From positions 5,230 to 17,908 of the forward strand of contig PSLL01000022.1 in assembly GCA_040289575.1 (NCBI GenBank): a stretch of DNA of 12,679 bases. Direction: 5' to 3'. The notes beneath the pieces were generated by a model. That model worked only from the letters and a program-made list of their open reading frames with translations. It was not told the origin of the DNA and did no database searches. How positions within the stretch are numbered: the first letter of the stretch is position 1; every line of letters starts with the position of its first letter. This DNA comes from Candidatus Dadabacteria bacterium. GTDB taxonomy: Bacteria > Desulfobacterota_D > UBA1144 > Nemesobacterales > CSP1-2. A program made the position numbers and the translations under genes. Positions 1 to 8,758 of this stretch are shown here, piece after piece.

Positions 1-1452
1 ATGGTCAAAACCCTCCATCGCGAGGGAATTGAGGTGATACTCGATGTGGTCTATAACCACACCGCTGAGGGAAACCATCTAGGACCAACATTATGCTTTC
101 GTGGCATTGACAATGCCGCATATTATCGTCTTGTATCCGATAACCGTCGGTACTATATGGACTATACTGGGTGTGGAAATACACTTAACATGACCCACCC
201 GCGCACCCTTCAACTACTTATGGACAGCCTCAGATACTGGGTATTGGAGATGCACGTAGACGGGTTTCGGTTTGATCTTGCATCAGCACTGGCAAGGGAA
301 CTCCACGAGGTCAACCGTCTAGGGGCATTCTTTGACGTTATACATCAAGACCCTGTCATATCCCAGGTAAAGTTAATTGCCGAGCCTTGGGATTTAGGTG
401 AGGGGGGCTATCAGGTAGGCAACTTTCCAGTTCTCTGGGCTGAGTGGAATGGTGCATACAGGGATACAGTGCGTAGCTTCTGGAAGGGGGATGGGGGGCA
501 GGTAGGCAATCTGGCTTACCGTCTTACTGGTAGCAGCGACCTCTATGAGCGCGGGGGCCGCCGACCGTATGCAAGTGTCAACTTCATAACGACTCATGAT
601 GGATTTACACTGTGCGATCTGGTTAGCTACAATGAGAAGCACAACGAAGCCAATGGAGAGGGAAATCGAGACGGCACCAATGATAATCGGAGCTGGAATT
701 GCGGGGTAGAAGGACCGACCGACGATCCTGCAATCCTGGCGCTGAGAGCAAGACAGCAGCGCAATTTCCTGGCGACTCTGATCTTATCACAAGGGGTGCC
801 AATGCTTCAGGCCGGAGATGAAATAGGGCGTACACAGATGGGGAACAACAATGCATATTGTCAGGACAATGAGATCTCTTGGATAGATTGGAATCTAGAC
901 AGGCCACGGCAGGAGTTGCTGGAGTTTACTAGATTTGTGATTCAGCTATTCCACCGACATCCGGTTCTAAGACGCCGCAAGTTCTTTCAAGGCAGGAGGA
1001 TCCGCGGCTCGGAGGTAAAGGATCTAGCGTGGTTCCGCCCCGATGGTAAGGAGATGACAGATAAAGATTGGAATAATCCTCAGGCTCGTTGCCTGGGGGT
1101 TCGTCTTGCTGGGGATGCCATTGATGAGATGGATGAACGGGGGAATCGGATTGTAGACGATACGCTTTTGATTCTCCTCAATGCCCACTACGAACCGATT
1201 TCATTTATCTTACCTGCGCATAAGTCTAAGGTGCAGTGGGAATTGGTACTTGATACAAGGGAGGCAACGGGTATACCGAGAAAATGGCCCAAGCCAATAC
1301 GTGGGGGCACACCCTATGAACTAGAGGCGCGTTCTCTTGTACTTTTACGACTCAGAAAGGATGAGAAAGTGACCGAAGAAGATAGCCTTCACAGGGCAAA
1401 GCCGGGGGTAGAGAGAACAGCTAAGAAAGAATATGAGCGGATGGAGGCATAG
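1..1452 (+). CDS. glgX: Glycogen debranching enzyme GlgX/TreX (GH13 isoamylase type), N-terminus outside the window
   Basis: GH13 motifs [14 protein letters not shown] (nucleophile Asp), IAEPWD (acid/base Glu) and THDGFTL, plus GlgX-typical [11 protein letters not shown] and [14 protein letters not shown]. The ORF opens at base 1 in mid-domain, so the true start is upstream. Confidence 0.95.
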   Translation: MVKTLHREGIEVILDVVYNHTAEGNHLGPTLCFRGIDNAAYYRLVSDNRRYYMDYTGCGNTLNMTHPRTLQLLMDSLRYWVLEMHVDGFRFDLASALARELHEVNRLGAFFDVIHQDPVISQVKLIAEPWDLGEGGYQVGNFPVLWAEWNGAYRDTVRSFWKGDGGQVGNLAYRLTGSSDLYERGGRRPYASVNFITTHDGFTLCDLVSYNEKHNEANGEGNRDGTNDNRSWNCGVEGPTDDPAILALRARQQRNFLATLILSQGVPMLQAGDEIGRTQMGNNNAYCQDNEISWIDWNLDRPRQELLEFTRFVIQLFHRHPVLRRRKFFQGRRIRGSEVKDLAWFRPDGKEMTDKDWNNPQARCLGVRLAGDAIDEMDERGNRIVDDTLLILLNAHYEPISFILPAHKSKVQWELVLDTREATGIPRKWPKPIRGGTPYELEARSLVLLRLRKDEKVTEEDSLHRAKPGVERTAKKEYERMEA

Positions 1453-1523
1453 ATTATAAATTTGGTGTAACTCCTCCCCCAATTTAGCTCCAATGATTCC
1501 TCTCTATAGAGGTTAAGAAATAT

Positions 1524-4322
1524 ATGAATATCCCGATAGCTACATATAGGCTTCAGTTTAATTACTCTTTTGGGTTTAAAGAGGCGTGTGAAATCATAGG
1601 ATACCTCTCTCAACTCGGGATTTCCTCTATCTATGCTTCCCCTATATTTAAGGCGAGAAAGGGGAGCCTTCATGGTTATGATGTGGTTGATCCGAATAAA
1701 TTAAACCCTGAACTGGGTACTGTTGAGGACTTTGATGAACTCATAAGAGGATTAAAAGAACATGGAATGGGCTGGATTCAGGATATAGTCCCAAACCATA
1801 TGAGTTACTCAGGTGAAAATGAGATACTAATGGATATTCTAGAGAACGGTAAGGCCTCTTCGTATCTTAGGTTTTTTGACATAGAATGGAACCACCCGTA
1901 TGAAAATATGAATGGAAGGCTTCTTTCACCCTTTTTGGGAAGACTCTATGGGGAGTCTCTTGAAGACGGGGAAATCCAACTTAAATACGATGAGAATGGA
2001 TTTAATGTTAATTACTACGATCTAAGATTCCCTATAAAAATAGAGTCCTACTTGAATATAATTACATATAGGTTAAACACCCTAGAGGAAAGGCTTGGAG
2101 AAGACCACGCCGATTTTATAAAGCTCCTCGGCATCCTTTACTCTCTGAAAAACCTGCCCGCCTCTGGAGAGGGCGTTGTTGAAAGATACAACCAGATAAG
2201 GTTCATAAAGAGAATGCTCTGGGAACTCTACACAAGGAATCGTGAGATAAAGGAGTTTATTGATGAAAATAAGGAGATTTTCAATGGAGAGAGGGGAAAT
2301 CCCGATAGCTTTAGCTTGATTGACGGCCTGCTTTCAGAACAGAATTTCAGACTATCTTTCTGGAAAGTCGCCGCCGAAGAGATAAATTACAGGCGTTTTT
2401 TCAATATAAATGAACTCATATCCCTGAAGGTGGAGGACGAGGATGTTTTTAATCATACCCATTCCCTGATCTTTAAGCTGGTTGGAGAAGGAAAGTTTAC
2501 AGGGCTACGAATAGACCACATTGATGGACTCAATGATCCAACGGTATATCTGAGAAGATTGAGGGATAAAATAGGAGATACATATACAGTTGTTGAAAAG
2601 ATTCTTGACCTTAAAGAGAGTCTACCTTCCTTCTGGCCCATACAGGGAACAACGGGTTATGAGTTTTTGAATTATGTTAACGGGATCTTCTGTGATATGA
2701 GGAATGAAAGGGAATTCAACGAAATATATTTAGATTTTACGGGTCTAACAATTTCTTATGATGATCTTGTAGCCGAGAAAAAGAGATTGATTATAGGAAA
2801 GCACATGGCCGGGGATATAGACAACCTTGCTCACATGATGAAGAGAATTTCCGGCAGGCATAGACATGGCAGTGATATCACACTCTATGGTCTTAGAAGG
2901 GCGCTGGTGGAAGTTATGGCGCTGTTTCCAGTTTATCGGACTTACATTAACCAGGATGTTCTCAGCGAAGATGATAAATTATATATAAAAGAAGCGGTAA
3001 AAAGGGCGATGCGCACGAACCCAGGGCTTTTAAATGAGCTTGATTTCATTGAGCAGTTTCTACTTGTTAAGTTTGGAGAGTATATAAGTGAAGATGAAAA
3101 AAAGGAGTGTATAGACTTTATTATGAGGTTTCAGCAATACACCGGACCCCTAATGGCGAAGGGCTTTGAGGACACCACCCTTTATGTGTATAACAGGCTT
3201 CTCTCCCTCAATGATGTTGGTGGAAATCCAAATAAGTTTGGAATCTCATTAGAGGAATTTCATAATTTTAGTAGGAACAGGGCTGAACTCTGGCCTTATT
3301 CAATGAATACCACATCAACACACGACACAAAAAGAGGCGAGGACATAAGGGCAAGGATAAATGTCCTTTCTGAAATACCGGAGGAATGGGAAGCAAACAT
3401 TGAGAAGTGGACCAAGATAAACGAAAAGAAAAAGAAGGTTATCAATGGCAAGGATGTCCCGGATAAGAATGATGAATATTTCCTCTATCAAACTCTCATA
3501 GGTGCACTTCCGTTTTATGAAGAGGAATATTCTACATTTGTTGAGAGGATAAAGAACTACATAATAAAGGCAGTCAGAGAAGCAAAGGTTCACACAGCAT
3601 GGATAAAACCAGATACGGACTACGAGGAGGCCTTTATTTCATTTATTGATGAGATACTAAAGCCATCGGAAAAGAATCAATTTTTAAAAGAGTTCCTGCC
3701 TTTTCAAAAAAGGGTAGCCTTCTACGGAATATTTAACTCTCTCTCTCAGACACTGGTTAAGATAACCTCACCGGGAGTGCCTGATTTTTATCAAGGAACA
3801 GAACTCTGGGATCTGAATCTTGTAGACCCCGATAACCGCCGTCTTGTTGATTTTGAAAAGAGAAGGCGATTCCTTAATGAGATAAAAGAAAAAAGGGATG
3901 TATTGAATCTAATAGGTGAACTTATCTCAAACAAAGAGGATGGAAGAATAAAACTCTTCCTTATTTATAAGGCGCTTAGAGCAAGGGCTAAGAGAAAAGA
4001 GCTCTTTGAAAAGGGAGATTATATCGGTATTGAAATCGGTGGAAAATATAAAGACCATGTTTTAGCCTTTGCGAGAAGAAAAGAAAAGAGCTGGGCAATA
4101 ACTGTAGCTCCGAGATTTCTAACTTATCTCATAAGTGGAGATGAATACCCGATCGGCGGGAGAGTATGGGAAGATACATATATTACTCTCCCGGAAGATT
4201 CCCCATTTCTATGGATGGATAGCTTTACAAACCGGATAGTTAAATGTAAGGGAACCTTATTGATGGGTGAGACACTTGAATACTTTCCTGTGACTCTACT
4301 TCTAAGTGGCAATGGTAATTAA
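1524..4322 (+). CDS. treY: Malto-oligosyltrehalose synthase TreY (GH13)
   Basis: 932 aa. N-terminal PIATYRLQF, HGYDVVDP, DIVPNHM, INYRRFFNINEL, GLRIDHIDGL, VVEKIL, STHDTKRGED and PGVPDFYQGTELWD..LVDPDNRR are all TreY signatures. Confidence 0.96.
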   Translation: MNIPIATYRLQFNYSFGFKEACEIIGYLSQLGISSIYASPIFKARKGSLHGYDVVDPNKLNPELGTVEDFDELIRGLKEHGMGWIQDIVPNHMSYSGENEILMDILENGKASSYLRFFDIEWNHPYENMNGRLLSPFLGRLYGESLEDGEIQLKYDENGFNVNYYDLRFPIKIESYLNIITYRLNTLEERLGEDHADFIKLLGILYSLKNLPASGEGVVERYNQIRFIKRMLWELYTRNREIKEFIDENKEIFNGERGNPDSFSLIDGLLSEQNFRLSFWKVAAEEINYRRFFNINELISLKVEDEDVFNHTHSLIFKLVGEGKFTGLRIDHIDGLNDPTVYLRRLRDKIGDTYTVVEKILDLKESLPSFWPIQGTTGYEFLNYVNGIFCDMRNEREFNEIYLDFTGLTISYDDLVAEKKRLIIGKHMAGDIDNLAHMMKRISGRHRHGSDITLYGLRRALVEVMALFPVYRTYINQDVLSEDDKLYIKEAVKRAMRTNPGLLNELDFIEQFLLVKFGEYISEDEKKECIDFIMRFQQYTGPLMAKGFEDTTLYVYNRLLSLNDVGGNPNKFGISLEEFHNFSRNRAELWPYSMNTTSTHDTKRGEDIRARINVLSEIPEEWEANIEKWTKINEKKKKVINGKDVPDKNDEYFLYQTLIGALPFYEEEYSTFVERIKNYIIKAVREAKVHTAWIKPDTDYEEAFISFIDEILKPSEKNQFLKEFLPFQKRVAFYGIFNSLSQTLVKITSPGVPDFYQGTELWDLNLVDPDNRRLVDFEKRRRFLNEIKEKRDVLNLIGELISNKEDGRIKLFLIYKALRARAKRKELFEKGDYIGIEIGGKYKDHVLAFARRKEKSWAITVAPRFLTYLISGDEYPIGGRVWEDTYITLPEDSPFLWMDSFTNRIVKCKGTLLMGETLEYFPVTLLLSGNGN

Positions 4323-4326
4323 GGAG

Positions 4327-4456
4327 CACGAATGAAAAAGAAAGGATACGGTATACAGAACACAGAATACAGGGAAAAACCTCAAGTCCATGTATTCTTT
4401 ATTCTGTCTACTGTTTTCTGTATTCTTCTATTCATGTAAATTCATATTCATTCGTG
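4327..4456. repeat. Nested palindromic intergenic element: 10-bp terminal inverted repeats enclosing inverted heptamer tandem repeats
   Basis: CACGAATGAA (4327-4336) is the exact reverse complement of TTCATTCGTG (4447-4456). Left heptamers GGATACG/GTATACA/GAACACA/GAATACA (4344-4371) face right heptamers TGTATTC/TTTATTC/TGTCTAC/TGTTTTC/TGTATTC (4391-4425). Confidence 0.75.
4332..4439 (+). CDS. Possible 35-aa small protein with a hydrophobic C-terminus (MKKKGYGIQNTEYREKPQVHVFFILSTVFCILLFM)
   Basis: AAGGAG (4321-4326, overlapping the treY stop) lies 5 nt before ATG 4332; TAA at 4437-4439. The ORF coincides with the repeat element and may be a by-product of it. Confidence 0.3.
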   Translation: MKKKGYGIQNTEYREKPQVHVFFILSTVFCILLFM

Positions 4457-4482
4457 GCTAGATAGTTAAATGAGGGGGACAG

Positions 4483-5979
4483 ATGAAAATACGAGGAAGT
4501 GGAATACTGCTTCATATAACATCTCTTCCATCGCCTTATGGTATAGGAGACCTTGGACCATGGGCTTACAAGTTTGTAGATTTTCTCTCTGAAACGAAAC
4601 AGAGTTTCTGGCAAATACTTCCCCTAAATCCAACAAGCGGGGCCTTTGGGAATTCGCCCTACAGCAGCCCTTCGGCTTTTGCCGGCAATCCTCTTATTAT
4701 TAGTCCTGATCTTCTGATAGAAGACGGCTTTCTTTCAAAATCGGATGTTGAAGGCGCCCCTTCATTCCCTAATGAGAGAGTTGATTATAATGCTGTTACT
4801 GAATATAAATACAGGCTCCTTAGTATAGCTTATGAGAATTATAAGAAGGCGGGAAAGGATTACGAATCTGAAAGGTTTTTTAACGAAAACTCATACTGGC
4901 TCGATGATTATGTTTTATTTATATCCCTGAAGGAACTCTTCAACAGGGTTGTCTGGAGCGACTGGCCGGATGACATAAGAAATAGAAAGGAAGGTACGAT
5001 AAAAGAATGGAAAGAAAAATTAAAGGATAGGATACTAATGAGAAAATTCTTCCAATATATATTTTTCAAACAGTGGCTTTCTCTTAAGGCCTACTGTATG
5101 GGTAAAAATATACGGATAATCGGTGACGTACCTATTTATGTGAACTATGATAGCTCCGACGTATGGACAAATCCTCAAATATTCAAATTGGATAATAACA
5201 GGCGACCCACATCTGTTGCGGGGGTTCCTCCTGATTATTTTAGTAAGACGGGTCAACTCTGGGGAAACCCAGTTTACAGATGGGATGTTCTCAGGGAAGG
5301 CGGATACTCATGGTGGATAAAGCGTATTGAACACAACTTGAAACTCTTTGATATAATCAGGCTTGACCACTTTAGAGGATTTGTTGCTTATTGGGAAGTC
5401 CCGGCAGGTGAGGAGACAGCGTTAAACGGAAGATGGGTAGAAGCCCCGGTGGAGGATTTTTTTAGAACCCTGTTTAAGCATTTTCCATCCCTTCCTATTA
5501 TTGCTGAGGACCTTGGACTTATAACACCGGATGTTCGAGAAATAATGAATCGCCTTGGATTTCCGGGTATGAAATTACTCATTTTTGCTTTTGGGGATGA
5601 CTTTCCAAACGGCGCATACCTGCCTCATAATTACACAAGAAACTGTGTGGTATATACAGGGACACATGATAACAACACGGTTAAAGGATGGTTCACCAAA
5701 GAAGCGCGCCCTGAAGATAGAAGGAGGCTCTTTAAATACATAGGACGAGAGATTAATGAAGAAAACATCCATTGGGAGTTTATAAGGCTTGGAATGATGT
5801 CTGTGGCAAATATGGTCATTTTCCCAATGCAGGACATTCTCGGTCTCGGTGAAGAGGCAAAAATGAACCTGCCCGCAACCTCACATGGAAACTGGCAGTG
5901 GCGGCTCATGCCAACCCAGATAACGTCTTCTGTGCTAAAAGAGCTAAGAGAAATGACGGGAGTTTATGGAAGGGCTTAA
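4483..5979 (+). CDS. malQ: 4-alpha-glucanotransferase (amylomaltase, GH77)
   Basis: RGSGILLHITSLP, WQILPLNP, SPYSSPSAFAGNP, GVPPDYFSKTGQLWGNP, RLDHFRGF, IIAEDLG and YTGTHDN. GAGGGGG ribosome-binding site upstream. Confidence 0.97.
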   Translation: MKIRGSGILLHITSLPSPYGIGDLGPWAYKFVDFLSETKQSFWQILPLNPTSGAFGNSPYSSPSAFAGNPLIISPDLLIEDGFLSKSDVEGAPSFPNERVDYNAVTEYKYRLLSIAYENYKKAGKDYESERFFNENSYWLDDYVLFISLKELFNRVVWSDWPDDIRNRKEGTIKEWKEKLKDRILMRKFFQYIFFKQWLSLKAYCMGKNIRIIGDVPIYVNYDSSDVWTNPQIFKLDNNRRPTSVAGVPPDYFSKTGQLWGNPVYRWDVLREGGYSWWIKRIEHNLKLFDIIRLDHFRGFVAYWEVPAGEETALNGRWVEAPVEDFFRTLFKHFPSLPIIAEDLGLITPDVREIMNRLGFPGMKLLIFAFGDDFPNGAYLPHNYTRNCVVYTGTHDNNTVKGWFTKEARPEDRRRLFKYIGREINEENIHWEFIRLGMMSVANMVIFPMQDILGLGEEAKMNLPATSHGNWQWRLMPTQITSSVLKELREMTGVYGRA

Positions 5980-6231
5980 ATCTTTGGACATTTGGACACA
6001 GGGGGCACGAATCTCACAGGGAAAGAGTTAGGGGAGATTCATTAATAGTCATAACTTACGAGGGTTCTCTTCCTTCTTTCTCGGCTTTCCATATAATACC
6101 GGCTCTAGCTTGGACTTTATTCTATTAAGACAGAATAGATTAACGAAAATTTTAAATCGGTTATCCGCAATGAAGTTTCCTAGATTATTGGGAGAAATAA
6201 ATTGATCAAGCGACCTAGATAACCTATCGCA

Positions 6232-6261
6232 TTATCATACCCAAATGAAAACCGCTATAAT
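6232..6261 (+). promoter_or_regulatory. Putative sigma-70 promoter of ftsH
   Basis: TTATCA (6232-6237) - 18 nt - TATAAT (6256-6261), about 110 nt upstream of the ftsH ATG. The -35 box matches consensus at only 4/6. Confidence 0.35.
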
Positions 6262-6368
6262 ATTAGAGGAGGGAAATCGGTTCTGACTATGATTATTTCA
6301 CTAAACAACAATAGAAGATATATATTGCCCTGTTATCATCGCGTTGCGTGAATGAAAGGAGATAAAAC

Positions 6369-8357
6369 ATGGCACCACAGCAGGAACGACAAAAGCGACC
6401 GCCTCAGCAACAGATGCCGCGTATCGCCTTATTCTGGTGGCTGGTCTTAGTAGCCTTGCTGATATGGAATATTGTGACCTTCTGGCCCAGAACTCATCCG
6501 ACAGTTGTGGATATTCCTTATACTACTTTTCTGGCCCAGGTGCGAGCTGACAACATAGCCAAGGTCAAAATCTCCGGTGATAATATTGCCGGGTCGTTTG
6601 TAAAACCATTCCTATGGCCTCAAGCGACAAATACTTCTAATCAATCCGCATCCCCACAGCCCAAGATGACTCAGCCCGGCTCATCCCAGTCGGCAAAGGG
6701 TGCCCAATCCGATCTTCGAACTCAGGCTACATATACTGAATTTACTACGACATTTCCACAGGCTATAGGTGATCCTAACCTTTTACCTCTACTTGAAGCG
6801 CGCAGGGTTATAGTGGATGTAGAGCCGCCGCCCAGTCACTGGTTTACCGATCTGCTCGTAAGCGGACTTCCGGTTTTGCTCTTGATGTTGTTTTTCCTTT
6901 GGATGGGACGCCAAGCTGTCCGAAGTCAATCCAGCATATTTAGTTTTGGCCGCACGAAGGCTAAGCGGTATACAAGTGACCGTCCCGAAGTCACATTTAA
7001 CGATGTGGCGGGCGCGGATGAGGCTAAAGAAGAGTTGCAGGAAGTCGTAGATTTTCTGCGCCACCCGCAGAAGTATCATGAATTGGGAGCGCGTATTCCG
7101 CGCGGTGTTCTTCTGGTCGGTCCCCCGGGAACGGGCAAGACTCTGCTCGCGCGGGCGGTAGCCGGGGAGGCAAGTGTGCCATTTTTCAGCATAAGCGCCT
7201 CGGAGTTCGTAGAGATGTTTGTCGGCGTAGGTGCAAGCCGTGTGAGGGACCTTTTCAATGAGGCTAAGATGGCTGCGCCTTCCATTGTCTTTATTGATGA
7301 ATTAGATGCTGTGGGTCGCAGACGGGGCGCGGGTCTTGGCACGGTTAACGATGAGCGGGAGCAGACGCTCAATCAGTTGTTGGTAGAGATGGACGGTTTT
7401 AATGAGCGACAGGAGGTTATTATAATGGCGGCTACAAACCGTCCTGATGTGCTCGATCCGGCGCTTCTGCGGCCGGGGCGTTTCGATCGACAGGTAACTG
7501 TAGGGCTGCCCGACCGTCAAGGGCGGGAGGGAATACTGCGCATACACACGCGGAGGTTGCGCCTTGCGCCGGATGTTGATTTATCCACACTTGCCCGCTC
7601 CACTACAGGCTTTAGCGGTGCCGACCTGGCGAATCTGTGCAATGAGGCAGCGCTCATTGCCGCACGCCACAATCATACTCAGGTGAATATGGAAGATTTC
7701 GAAGAGGCTGTGGATAAAATCTTGCTCGGGGGAGAGCATCCGCGTCTTGTAGATGCACATGAAAGGCGCGTAGTTGCCTATCATGAAACCGGGCATGCAT
7801 TGGTGGCATGGCTTACACCCGCCGCCGATCCAGTACACAAGATAACCATCATTCCTCATGGGCGCGCCTTGGGGGTTACAAAACAACTGCCCGGCGAAGA
7901 CCGATACAACTACAGTCGCACGTATCTTATGGCGCGCTTAGCGGTGATGCTCGGCGGGCGCACGGCTGAGGAGATAGTTATGGGCGATGTGACTACAGGT
8001 GCAGAAATGGACCTGGTTGAGGCTACACGCCTTGCACGTCGCATGGTTACGCGCTGGGGGATGGGCAACCTGGGTCCTGTGGCTTTTAACGCCGATGAAG
8101 AACAGCCATTTATAGGTTATAAGCTCTCTCAGGAGCGTGATTTCAGCGAGGCTACCGCTGCCCGTATTGACCAGGAGGTTCAGCGCCTATTGAATGAACG
8201 CCATGAAGCCGTACGCAGATTGCTAACAGAGGCGCGCAGCCAGCTAGAGCTTGTAGCTGAGACATTGCTGAAAGAAGAAACCCTTAATCAGGAGGATTTA
8301 GTCCGCATTCTTGGACCTCGTCCCGGACTTGCCCGGGAAAAAGAGAAGCTTCAATAA
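6369..8357 (+). CDS. ftsH: ATP-dependent zinc metalloprotease FtsH (probably an accessory paralog)
   Basis: AAGGAG RBS. Two N-terminal TM segments, Walker A GPPGTGKT, pore loop FVGVG, Walker [28 protein letters not shown], and M41 protease HETGH with GAEMD in place of the usual GASND. Confidence 0.96.
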   Translation: MAPQQERQKRPPQQQMPRIALFWWLVLVALLIWNIVTFWPRTHPTVVDIPYTTFLAQVRADNIAKVKISGDNIAGSFVKPFLWPQATNTSNQSASPQPKMTQPGSSQSAKGAQSDLRTQATYTEFTTTFPQAIGDPNLLPLLEARRVIVDVEPPPSHWFTDLLVSGLPVLLLMLFFLWMGRQAVRSQSSIFSFGRTKAKRYTSDRPEVTFNDVAGADEAKEELQEVVDFLRHPQKYHELGARIPRGVLLVGPPGTGKTLLARAVAGEASVPFFSISASEFVEMFVGVGASRVRDLFNEAKMAAPSIVFIDELDAVGRRRGAGLGTVNDEREQTLNQLLVEMDGFNERQEVIIMAATNRPDVLDPALLRPGRFDRQVTVGLPDRQGREGILRIHTRRLRLAPDVDLSTLARSTTGFSGADLANLCNEAALIAARHNHTQVNMEDFEEAVDKILLGGEHPRLVDAHERRVVAYHETGHALVAWLTPAADPVHKITIIPHGRALGVTKQLPGEDRYNYSRTYLMARLAVMLGGRTAEEIVMGDVTTGAEMDLVEATRLARRMVTRWGMGNLGPVAFNADEEQPFIGYKLSQERDFSEATAARIDQEVQRLLNERHEAVRRLLTEARSQLELVAETLLKEETLNQEDLVRILGPRPGLAREKEKLQ

Positions 8358-8399
8358 TTTTATATATTTTTCAATGTGTATAGGCACAAGGTTGCGCAG

Positions 8400-8717
8400 T
8401 TATCTGGGCTTTATTGAGTCGAGGACGAGATTCAAAAGAGTATGGCAGGAGCCACAGACGAGTATATCCCTGTCTTCCAGGGCATACACATCTACACTTC
8501 CGCATCTAGTGCAGGCAGCGGTAGGGGCGAGCGGATTCCTTTCTTCCGGTTGAAAGTCTCCTATTTCCAGATTTCCTCCGGATATGTCTGTGGCGAGTTC
8601 AAAAGTCGAATAACAAGAATCGCATATGTGATTGAAACAGCACTTAGGTTCGCATGTGTATGTTATATTCCCAGAGCCGCAAACAGGGCAGGCGACCTTG
8701 ATCGGTAGTAGTTTCAT
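8400..8717 (-). CDS. Small Cys-rich protein, predicted double zinc ribbon, function unknown
   Basis: 105 aa with 11 Cys: CPVC, CEPKCCFNH, CDSC, CTRC, CGSC. Co-oriented with the response regulator and 41 bp downstream of it. No strong RBS seen. Confidence 0.8.
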   Translation of the reverse strand: MKLLPIKVACPVCGSGNITYTCEPKCCFNHICDSCYSTFELATDISGGNLEIGDFQPEERNPLAPTAACTRCGSVDVYALEDRDILVCGSCHTLLNLVLDSIKPR

Positions 8718-8758
8718 GTCTTATGTAAAAAATGACGCAGGATTCATCGTTATCTTCT

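Noticed and set aside
4344..4425. Repeats as a CRISPR array
   Set aside because: Units are 7 bp with no spacers, and there are no cas genes in the window.
8381..8396. AGGCACAAGGTTGC, a sigma-54-like box between ftsH and the Cys-rich gene
   Set aside because: Spacing is 9 nt and it points antisense into a convergent gene.
8442..8456. CGSCH as a c-type heme-binding motif in the 105-aa protein
   Set aside because: No signal peptide, and the CxxC pairs are better explained as zinc-ribbon knuckles.
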